Assembly: GCA_053919585.1 (NCBI GenBank)
Contig: CM132784.1
Source of the DNA: Euprymna scolopes
Taxonomy: Eukaryota
DNA: 64,000 nucleotides
Direction: 5' to 3' (one strand)
Below are positions 53,212 through 64,000 of this stretch, one piece after another. The notes beneath the pieces were generated by a model. That model saw nothing but the letters and a program-made list of their open reading frames with translations. It had not been told where the DNA came from and ran no database searches. A program made the position numbers and the translations under genes. Every line of letters starts with the position of its first letter. The first letter of the stretch is position 1.

Positions 53212-53837
53212 TTTATTACTGCTTCACAGATGATCTAACGGTATAAAATAATATAATACGCATACAGTTTTTTTGTTTCAATATATAATTAAACAATGGT
53301 TAATGCAATAAAGTAACTTTATCGTAATATCACAGATAATCTTGGCAAATGGCCTATACATAAACGTTCGTGTTTCATTCCCCAGGAGGAATTTCCGTCC
53401 AAATTCTATAAAATACATATTTTATGCGTACATTCCNNNNNNNNNNNNNNNNNNNNNNNNNNNNNNNNNNNNNNNNNNNNNNNNNNNNNNNNNNNNNNNN
53501 NNNNNNNNNNNNNNNNNNNNNNNNNNNNNNNNNNNNNNNNNNNNNNNNNNNNNNNNNNNNNNNNAGACGTTTTTTGTCGGTTTGTTCTGTTTTTTTTTAT
53601 CCTTTTCCAATTATCGAATAATGGTGTTCACTTCTGGCAGGGACTAGCTGATGTAATCGTCATATTTGTTGTTATTCCGAGTACTTTCTTTCTGGATTTA
53701 TCGTCAGGGAATAATTAATCTAATGGATTTTGAACAATTTTTTCCTCAATAAAATGCATGTTTATTCCATTGCTTGAAATTATCTTGAAATATTTGCAAA
53801 GTCATTAAAATAACTAATGTAATAAATATACACGTTA

Positions 53838-53901
<64 letters not shown>

Positions 53902-54099
53902 GGGGCTTGAGCTACTTCATGTAAATATCAGATTTACATTGAATTTGATCCATAATCATTAAATATCAATGAAGAAAAATTCACAGGGAAATATTTTAGC
54001 GTTTATATTTATTATTAAAATATATAGGGAAAAATCTTCGAGAAAACAAAATGTTGATTAACACAGTTATATTATTATTCTTTTTTTAATTTTAATTTT

Positions 54100-54725
54100 T
54101 ATTTTTATTTTTTTTTTTTACATTTTCACCACATTGCCACTTTCGTGTAGGGGGCTACTATCAGGGGCAGCAACTAATGGGGCACTATGTTAGGATTTGG
54201 GCAGCAAGATGTCGTTTCACGTTACACTTGAACTTCTGCATGTCAGTACAGTTAGGGAAGCAGGGACCTGGAATGGAATTCCAGAGTCTAGCGGTTCTGG
54301 GGAAGAAACTACTGGAGTAGAAAGATCTTTTACATCTAGGGATCTCTACTATGTGGGGGTATGGATTTAGCTGCCTGTCGGGTTTGTCGAGGGTGTCTAC
54401 GTCGTGGGGGCATAAGTGTCTGCAATTCATCAGAGCATTCACCATTTGCAGAACAGGCAGAGGGATGCAACGTTTCGTCGATGGGACAGAGGCTGAAGCT
54501 TAGATGTCAGTTCAGGGCCTATCAGATTGGCGACTCTCTTTTGAACCTTGTCTAGGAGCGAGAGACTAGAAGCAGATGCACCAGCCCAAATGTGACGACA
54601 ATACTTCATACATGGCCGAATTGGTGCCTTATAGAGGTACAGAATACTTTCAGGTGTCAGTAGTTTTCTAGCACGGTAGAGAGGGAGCCTACCTTTTTCG
54701 CAGCGGCCCTGGCAATGTTTTCAAT
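54100..54725 (-). mobile_element. 5'-truncated CR1-group LINE (family 1)
   Basis: Reverse complement aligns with about 8105-8742, including 3' UTR and A-tail; HIVEIPRCKRSFYSSSFFPRTARLWNSIP. Confidence 0.92.
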
Positions 54726-55562
54726 ATGATATTATAATCGATGTATATTTAGAATATTAGAAAAATTGTCAGTTTATATTAATTTGGAAAGCTGAATATG
54801 CTCAATCCAAAAATTGTGTATACTATGAGTAAGATAGACATAATATTAATATATCATTGTTATTAGGCAACTTAGATGCTAAGTAATAAAGGAAACGAAC
54901 TGACAATATGGGTGTGCAAATTATTAATCCAGTCTATACCACAGAAATACTTTTATTACAGATGTAAGAAAACTTTTATGTTGCCCCTTCCGTAAGTACC
55001 TGATGTCTTTCTAGAAAGAATTATAACAAGAAAAATATCGGGAAAACCAATGGCACCAATTGGATAATACGAAATGAACCAATGAATAGACACGTTATGT
55101 TTTCGAAACGGCATAATCACAAGGATATATCGGTACTCATATTTAGCAAGCAGTACCAGATGGGTGACCATTTGATAATACACGGCGCTGCATATGAGAG
55201 AACGGAAAAAATCTCGCCTGAGCAGGATACACGTGCCACTAGAGATTGTTTGTAAATTTAATATTTCCAAGAAAATTTTTGCTTTGAAAGAAACCGGCCC
55301 AAAAGCCTAATGTGCTTGCCGCACCTGGACGGAGAAGGACAACGTCACGATGTAACGCCTCATCAAAGTCAAATTATTTTTTTACACCAAGCTAGAAATC
55401 ATCGTTAAATATGCTATCTTTTGCATTCATAGGTGATTGGTTAAGGCGAGATCACTGTCCAGAGATATTAAATTCTATGGCGGAAAGAATATCAAGTCTT
55501 AACATCTCTCGACTCTAGCCACAAAAAAATTATAACAGCGAAACGTTGACCTGTCACTACAA

Positions 55563-55623
<61 letters not shown>

Positions 55624-55904
55624 CTTTTAGCCGGAAAATGATCTTCACTTTATATGATAATTGGGGACGTGTTGTGTGTCAAGTATCTTGAAAAGACAAA
55701 AGATTCGATCTATCCTTTTACCGCAGACAAGTGTACAATCTTTCAAATTTGTTTTCACTCGATTAAATCTGGTTGCAACTAAGAGACAGGTTTTCATGAA
55801 TTTTTTATCGATCTATCTCAGTTATATTGAACGCTTCTCTGATTTGATGTGTGCACCCATGCGTATGTGTATTCCTGTGTGTATGTGTATTTACGCATAT
55901 GAGT

Positions 55905-55960
<56 letters not shown>

Positions 55961-58900
55961 GTTCGAGAAAGTATTCGTGTCTGTCTCTAATATTTGCGTG
56001 CGTTCTCGCCCTTGTATTCACGTGTCTCTATGTGTCTGTTTATCCGTGCATATGTGTCTGTTCTGAGTATATTTTTTAAAATGCATGTATGTTATCGTAT
56101 TCATCTGTATATGTGTCTGTCTCTCTATCTTTTCTATTTACTTACCTCCCCACGAGGGTAGAGTTCAACACAAAAATCGGTTTTAAATGTGGAAAAAAAG
56201 TCATCTCCCTATATAGAAGCTTTCTTTAATTGAGGGGAATGCTGTCTTCAAGGATATCTCCTTAACCAACTAACTTTGTTTCCCGCTCTAAAAACGCAGC
56301 GGACCGTCTGTACTTATGTGCGTGTTTTAAAGAGTGTCTATATCTGTGCATATGTCGGTATGGATGTATCCGTTCCTCTTTTCTTTTCATTTAATTTCAG
56401 TCGAAGTCTTAAAATGTCAAGGGATCTTTTCTTAGGGATAACGCGTGTTCTCTCTATAAGATGCATAAATATTCGAATAATGCGTCAGAGTTTGTTTTAT
56501 CTCTCAAACATTGAATCAATAAGGAAGTTATGATCATTATTCTTCCTCTCGCTAATTGATCAGTTAACTATATTATCTTTCGTTTGGTTTCTTAGTCTTA
56601 CTGCTTTTCCGGACAAGAATACATCTAGTCTGGTGGAGTATCCAAGTTAGTGCTGTTATTATAAGCAACATCACTTGGAGCAGGTGCTCGATTCCTCGTA
56701 TAAGCCAGTATTAGGTAGCCATAGAAAGAGTATCATATTTGGGATGCGAATACTATGTCAATGTGAATATTCAGTCAAGGTTAATTGTAAGGTGAAATAT
56801 ATTCATGCCAAGTGATCCTGACAAATGACCTTCGAGGATAGTATGTAGTATTCATTCAATTATCTCCAATAGGCATTTAATTTCTCTCCAGGTCCCCGGC
56901 ATATATCTGTTTATGCATACATTAGTGTGTGTTTATACTAAACTTTTTTGTGTATATTCATTGCGCTGTTCTCGATGCGAAAGACGTCTTATTTAACGCA
57001 GTCATTTTTCGTTAGTGTACCAACATGGTGGTTCTATTGAAAAGTAATTTACTTTTAAATTTCGACTAAAATAGCCCGAATCGTATACTTCTTAAAAGAT
57101 AGACAAAAGTGGGGGTAAAAACAAAGAAACGTTAGTTTATTTCGTTTACCAACGGATAGCATTAAGTATATCCAACGGATTTTGTATCCCGCCACGAAAT
57201 GCCGTTGATGAGGAGAATCTCTATAACGAAAACGGCCGATAATCTTGAGATACGTTCATGAAATCAGACTTGTTCATAAAAGACTGATGAACCGACCAAA
57301 GAGCGTTAAGATCCATGTGTAGTACTTGATCTGGTACTATTGTTAATGAAAAGACCGAGGAAATTTTAAATTATTTCTTAATCCAAATTTATTTTAGGGA
57401 CTGGATTGTTTTTAGATTTGTGTCTAACTCGTGCAATTCAAAAGAGACTACTCCTAACCTTATAGACAAAATACTTGTTGTCCTGGAGTTTTTCCCCAAA
57501 AAGATCAAAGAAACAAATTTTAGAAAATGATGACTTTTACATATGTATAAGATTTATTTTGAATTCTGTGTGATTTAAGAATAACACCGTTTAAATCCGT
57601 TGCTATAAACAAAACATATTTATTTACAGAAACAAAAATATCAAATAATAAAATACATTGAACATGAATTTCGCTCTGTTAGCTTGAGTTGCATAATACA
57701 CTAACTGTTTATTTACGGATGGATAAGACTCTCCCTTCCCCAATAGGGTCACCGGTTGCGAGTGATGAGCACCGAATTATGATAGCAGAGGCAATTTTAA
57801 TTTTTGAACCAATCTAGTATACCCTTTTTGAGGTGCTCTATGTTCTCACGTTAACTCGTGTCTGACTCTGTGCTCGTGTCGTGGCAAGTAAATGGGAAAA
57901 CTTATAAAGATGCGTTAACCGCTCGATGTAAATATAGTTTCAAATTTAAACATGACAGACCAACGAAAATTCTATTTCAATATAACAAGTTTGATAGAGT
58001 TTATTATAGGGATGGGTGGACGCCATTAAAGTACTGTCCCAAACGTCACAGCAGTAGATAACAAAAATGCAATTCTGGAGTTAATCTTTACAAACCGACG
58101 AAATTGCTATTTCAAATTAAGCAAGACAGGCCGACCGACAGAGCATTTCACAGAGATATTCAGACGGATATAAAGCATCTAGAATCTGTTATATTTTTAG
58201 AAATCATTATTCATACAAAGTTTTGATTTGTGAATATTCGTATTATTTGCATTATTTGGACTATTATTCTCATCTTGAGTCTTATTTTTACAGCGTTTTA
58301 GTCGTTGTAACTTTCACGTGCGCCTTGTAGAACTCAGGTCTTTTTGTCGCACTCGGAAATCTACATATATCGTAATTTGTAGGCATAAGTAGTGATCTAT
58401 AGTAATAAGTAGTAATATTGTTACATATAAGGACCCGGGGCTTAACGGATAAAATACTTTGTGAAATTTAGTTGAAAGTGACACTCTTATGGTGGTTGAA
58501 GGTTTAATACTCAAAATACAATTGGACCTTTACTAGGTCATGGCTGACGGAATAAGATCATGTTAATAAAGGGTTTTGTTCGAATTTCCGTGCAAGTTAA
58601 GTAGAAAGATTCCCTATTTCGACAAGATACACTCGAATGAAAAGATAATATAATAGAATAAGGATAATATTCACAATAAGGATTCTACACATAAGTTTTA
58701 ATAGCATTTTATATTGTTTTCATTTTCATAAAAGGGAGATAAAATCAGTACAAACTTGTTCGGAGAATTAAATTTACTCGCCCTGGGACGAGTATTCTTT
58801 TAGTTATTGCACAGATGTGTGCTTCATTGAAGAAGATTAATTGTCCGCTCTGTCGAATGTCACTATTTCTAAAATATATCTTACACCTAATTGGTTCCGC

Positions 58901-59269
58901 TCACAGAAGACCTATCTATAAGCGATGTTTTTCCTCATCGCATCTGTCAAACATAAATCCACCCTATCATTTCCATGGTTCAAGGAAGCCTCCTTCGCGC
59001 AATTCACGCCCACAATATTCTGATATCAACCACTAACTCCCAACTGGTCACACCTAACAATCGAAGCCATACCCAATCTGACGAGACAGGCCATAGCAAA
59101 ATATTTCTCGTTCATAGATCGATATTCCAACATTATTGAGCGCATCATATTTGCTTCCCGAATTTGCAACCAGATGTCGCCCGATTGAAGAGTAAAGCCA
59201 AGCTTATTTAAATGTCAGCATAGGGTTAAATAATGAATCTCAATGCGGTAAATTCTTTACTGAAACGGG

Positions 59270-59322
<53 letters not shown>

Positions 59323-59324
59323 TG

Positions 59325-59541
59325 CAGGGTGACTCAAAAAAACAAAAGCTAAATGGAGGTCATCTAGAACATATGCTGTAGAACGGAGAAAAAAGGCCAA
59401 AGACCCTAGTGTTTCGATGTGGTGTTTTGAATATAATAAACTAGTTATGAACAAAGTTTCATTTCATTCGGACAAAACACTAGGAAACGGGGGCTAATTA
59501 GATTTGGGACCCGTTTTTTTTTTTGGGGGGGGGTCACCCTG
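59325..59541. mobile_element. Tc1/mariner-type MITE
   Basis: CAGGGTGAC...GTCACCCTG|TA termini beside a (TA)n array. Confidence 0.7.
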
Positions 59542-59642
59542 TACATTTCGTCTTGGAAACATTCGTATACCTAATTATTGTTGATGTGAGATTTGGGAAC
59601 GGTTTTAAATCAATGTCATATATTTGTTTATTTTTACACAGA

Positions 59643-59713
<71 letters not shown>

Positions 59714-60084
59714 TAGCGTCCAAAAGTTAAGGGCTAGTAGTTTCAAGACAAGTTTAAGTACTTTTTAAGAAAAACCGTTCATTTAAAATACTTAATATGC
59801 GTATATACTTATAGATATACTCATCACTCATGTCTCGCCTAAATTTCATAAGCATCCGTTGGATATTTTTGAAGTTATGACCAATAACACAAAAGTTTGT
59901 CCAAATTCTCGTGGTCCAAAAGTTAAGGGCTAGGCGGTATAATCTTTAATTATTATAACAGTAAGGTACTGTATAGGTTGACAGGAGTTATCGCCCCTGA
60001 AAATACTTTACATAAGTTGAGTTTCCAACGGGTAAGAGTTATCGCCCCTGGCTCATAACTTTACATTTGTGGACTTCGCTCTCC

Positions 60085-60117
60085 TATAAAACGAGAGAGA
60101 AACGTCCATCTTCATTC
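60085..60117 (+). promoter_or_regulatory. Putative TATA + Inr core promoter of the transposase
   Basis: TATAAAA at 60085 and TCATTC at 60112-60117, placing the Inr A 29 nt downstream of the TATA start. Confidence 0.55.
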
Positions 60118-60248
60118 TGAAGTCGACACACGTCGTTTCGCTGTCAGACAGGTACTATGAATAATCCTACTTCAAATTTTTACTAAAGAACATTAAAATT
60201 ATTGTAATTGGGTAAAAGAAATGAGTGTTTGTATCGCACTAGTACAAC

Positions 60249-61241
60249 ATGGCAGCAAAACAACGTCGTCCCGTTTCTGTCGAAGAAAAACAGCTCATTA
60301 TTCATCTTCATAGTAATGGCAAGAAAACTTCTGAGATTGTTGACACCGTAGGAATGTCTCCTAGTGTAGTAAAGCGTATTGTGGCACATTTCAAGCAGTC
60401 AGGATCAGTGACAGCTGCCCCAAAATCTGGTAGACCTCGAATCACAACTGCTCGACAGGATCGTCTTATTGTCAAAATGTCACTTAAAGACAGATTTAAC
60501 ACTGCTGCTAAAATATCTCGGCAAACTGTAACACGCCGGTTGCACGCTTCTGGATTGCAATCTCGAGTGCCAGCAAGGAAGCCTCTTATCTCCAAAAAGA
60601 GTCAGAAACTACGCCTCGCTTTTGCCCAAGAACACGTTGTGTGGACAATCGAAAACTGGTCCCGTGTGCACTTTAGTGATGAATCGAAGTTTAACGTTAT
60701 CGGATCTGATGGCAACACGTATGTCCGGCGAAGAACTGGTAAGAGATTGGAGGTTAAGTGCGTGAAAAAAACTGTGAAATTTGGAGGAGGAAGTGTAATG
60801 GTTTGGGGCGTTATGTCAGCTGCAGGCTGTGGACCACTAATTCGTCTGCAAGGTGGAATAAATGCAGAAGTTTATAAGCAGATTCTACGGCAGCATGCAG
60901 TTCCTAGTCTTCGGTCGTCGCTCTATCAACCTGCAATTTTCATGCAGGATAACGCCCCTTGTCACACTGCTAAGAAATTAAAAACATTTTTAGACGAGGA
61001 AGAAGTTGAAATGATGCGTTGCCCCCCTCAGAGTCCAGATCTTAATCCTATTGAGAATATCTGGAAAATAGTTGGTGAACGTGCTCAACTTCAGTGCCCC
61101 AAAAATCAAGAAGAACTCTGGCGGTGCTTACATGCTGAATGGAGTGCGATAACGCCAGCGTTTTGCAAGAAGTTGGTGGATTCCTGTGCCAAGAGGTGTC
61201 AAGAAGTCATAAATAGCAAGGGTTTGTTTATCAAATACTAG
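60249..61241 (+). CDS. Tc1-family DD34E transposase, 330 aa
   Basis: Uninterrupted ORF with HTH region, SGRPR, FSDESKF, GGGSVMVWG, QDNAPCH and SPDLNPIE; D-to-E spacing counted as 34. Confidence 0.97.
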   Translation: MAAKQRRPVSVEEKQLIIHLHSNGKKTSEIVDTVGMSPSVVKRIVAHFKQSGSVTAAPKSGRPRITTARQDRLIVKMSLKDRFNTAAKISRQTVTRRLHASGLQSRVPARKPLISKKSQKLRLAFAQEHVVWTIENWSRVHFSDESKFNVIGSDGNTYVRRRTGKRLEVKCVKKTVKFGGGSVMVWGVMSAAGCGPLIRLQGGINAEVYKQILRQHAVPSLRSSLYQPAIFMQDNAPCHTAKKLKTFLDEEEVEMMRCPPQSPDLNPIENIWKIVGERAQLQCPKNQEELWRCLHAEWSAITPAFCKKLVDSCAKRCQEVINSKGLFIKY

Positions 61242-61511
61242 TTAGTTGGTAATTTCAGCCATTCACAGCAAGGACAAAAGCCGCAATCGTGTTAGCCCTT
61301 AACTTTTGGACACACAAATTTTGAACAATTTTATTTAAAATGGTAGTTATTCAAAAATTACTTAGTGTAGGCTAAGGAAATTATGACCCATTGAAGATAT
61401 ACATGTTATCTATATAATTGTGAAGTAATTTTTTGTTGTTCGTGTGTATTTTGTTTCAAATATATGGTTAAACTTGCTGAGGTTTTACTAGTCCTTAACT
61501 TTTGGACGCTA

Positions 61512-61586
<75 letters not shown>

Positions 61587-62572
61587 AGAGTTCAAATAAA
61601 ACTGGAAATTAGGTTTTACAAAATGTATTATTTGACAAGGAACAACAATGCACCTTTAAAATATTCCTTATTCCGCGTATTTGCCTTCAAAGAAAAAATA
61701 TTAGATTTTGTTTAGTGCATGCATTTAAAATATGCAATATGAATATATTTGACTTTACTACTACAAATATATCTAAAATACATGGAAGCTTATTATTATT
61801 TCCAATCAAATTAAGTCCTTTTTCTCTGTAACTTGCTTTGTAGAGACCAGTCCTCTTGGATACGAAATATTTTTTCTTTAAGTAAGTATAAACTTAATGA
61901 AAGTGTTTTGATTTATNNNNNNNNNNNNNNNNNNNNNNNNNNNNNNNNNNNNNNNNNNNNNNNNNNNNNNNNNNNNNNNNNNNNNNNNNNNNNNNNNNNN
62001 NNNNNNNNNNNNNNNNNNNNNNNNNNNNNNNNNNNNNNNNNNNNNNNNNNCAAACAATCTAACCTTATCGGACAAAATATTTAAAGAACTAGTTTCGTAT
62101 TTTAGTATTTACAACCGCTGTAAACTCTTGTNNNNNNNNNNNNNNNNNNNNNNNNNNNNNNNNNNNNNNNNNNNNNNNNNNNNNNNNNNNNNNNNNNNNN
62201 NNNNNNNNNNNNNNNNNNNNNNNNNNNNNNNNNNNNNNNNNNNNNNNNNNNNNNNNNNNGAATAAAAAATTCAAAAATACTGCGTTGAATAAAACTTGTG
62301 TAGCAATAAAATGTGAACACAGATGGCTTCCGGAACAAATACAGGATGTTGAGTTTTCTGTGAACTTATTTTCGTTTTACAGCATTATATTGTCATGCAA
62401 TACTTCTCATCGAAGCAAAGAATTTTTTTCTGAAAAGTACATGCACGAAAAGAGATGGTATTGAGATAATAATAACCAAATTTTACTGCATAATAAAATA
62501 GATATACAAAAAACGATGTACCGAAATTTTAACATGCTGTAGGAGCTGTTTTGCATGAAATATATATATATA

Positions 62573-62606
<34 letters not shown>

Positions 62607-63055
62607 AGAGTGCGTAAGTATGAAACGCTAGTGCCTGCATATATAATAGTAATAGTAATTGTTAATATTGATTTGACAAATGTTATAGTTATAAAGCTCT
62701 ATTTAGAAATTAAATTTGAGCCCTCTTTAGAGAATTAAGAAGAGTCGCCAACGATAGAACGTAAGCTGTAGAACGAATTCAATATCCAAATCCAGTTGTT
62801 GAATACTTTCTAGCTGTTTACATTCCTATCGACATGACATTTATAAAAACGTAATTCTCTTTCACTTCTTGTGTTTATTATCAGTGATCTTGAGGTAAGA
62901 TGCAAGCTTATGGAGTCAAGATAACTTTGTAATTAAGTTCGAATTTCCAAACCACCAGTAACTATCATTTCCTAGCCTGATGATTGCGTAAGCAATAATA
63001 TCAGTTTCTGTAAGTATAAAAATAATTGGTAATATATTTTGTAAAATATTATATA

Positions 63056-63745
63056 CTAGCAGTTCAGCCCGGCTTGGCTCGGACCCTACGTGCTGTTCAT
63101 AATTTTATGTGCACATGTACATGTCTGTTAAAAACTTTGACTCATGTCCAAGTAACCTACATCTAAAATTTCAAAATCGCCGGAGGAGTTTGGTAAAGTC
63201 TGCAAAGGTCAACGCTTTCAACTTTGAGCTCTTGACAGCCGCATTTTCGCCCAAAATATGAAAGAAAAAGCTTCATGTCTGAATACCCTTTATGTAAAAT
63301 TTCTAATGTTTAGACCCAAAATTGTCTGAATAGTTTATTAGAAACCACTACTTGAACTTTGACCCCTTGGCAGCCAAATTTTAGACAACAAAACGATAAA
63401 AAGCTTGCCCTATGTCTGAATACACATTATGTAAAATTTCAAATGTGTAGAGAAAACATTGGCTGAGTAATTTCGTAGAGACCGCATAGGTAAAAAATGT
63501 TTAACTTTGACGAAAATTTTGACCCCTTAACATTCATTGTTAAGGGATTAAATCAAATGAAAACATTTGGTAGATTTTTCAAAGGTCAAATCGTAGAAAC
63601 TTGCCCCCGGCAGCCAAATTTCTGGCCGAAAACCGATTAAAAAGATTTTCCCAAATCTCAATACCCCTTATCTGAAATCTTGAATCCGTAGACTGAAAAT
63701 TGACAGACTGATTTGGTAGGGACATGTACAAACCCAGACACTTAC

Positions 63746-63752
<7 letters not shown>
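63056..63752 (-). mobile_element. Non-autonomous Helitron-like family B
   Basis: 3' hairpin CCGAGCCAAGCCGGG then CTAG|T; internal repeats of TGTCTGAATAC..TATGTAAAATTTC; homologous to 13038-13430. Confidence 0.75.
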
Positions 63753-63785
<33 letters not shown>

Positions 63786-63892
63786 TATTGTTTAAGTTAA
63801 TTATTAACATGAAATGTAACCAATTTTTTCTAGCTGCTCAATACGCGTGTAAAGCCCTTATAAATAATATACACATGGGTTTTCTGTCATAG

Positions 63893-63973
<81 letters not shown>

Positions 63974-64000
63974 TGTTTCAATGGAAGTTTTTAATTTTTG

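Larger units (their letters stand above)
59711..61514 (+). mobile_element. Full-length Tc1-like DNA transposon (1804 bp), IR/DR type
   Basis: 29-bp TIRs CAGTAGCGTCCAAAAGTTAAGG(G/A)CTAGTA, TA on both sides, inner repeats at 59914-59933 and 61293-61311. Confidence 0.97.

Noticed and set aside
57280-57320. CTGATGA hammerhead candidate
   Set aside because: No paired stem II and no GAAA.
60308-60595. Antisense ORF inside the transposase
   Set aside because: Shadow frame of the Tc1 CDS with no independent evidence.

Overview
AT-rich eukaryotic (invertebrate metazoan) draft-assembly window with 11 N-gaps and about 30 (TA)n arrays. It consists almost entirely of transposon remnants and tandem repeats, and no multi-exon host gene can be supported. 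The only long ORF I could assign is a Tc1-type DD34E transposase inside a complete 1.8-kb element (59711-61514). Also present: decayed DD37E and DD37D (maT-like) transposases, two CR1-group LINE families, R4/Dong-like and Penelope RT fragments, several non-autonomous Helitron-like elements, MITE-like inverted repeats and four mini/satellites. The most interesting signal is non-coding: a dense set of type I hammerhead-ribozyme (HHR) motifs, intact at 2652-2736, 17979-18048 and 47630-47689 and decayed elsewhere. Several lie in fold-back elements made of inverted Penelope-type termini. At two loci (22325-22622, 46113-46259) a tRNA-like Pol III head sits directly upstream of an HHR-like motif, suggesting a SINE/retrozyme-like element that borrows Penelope machinery. 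All calls were made by eye with no database searches, so family assignments need confirming.
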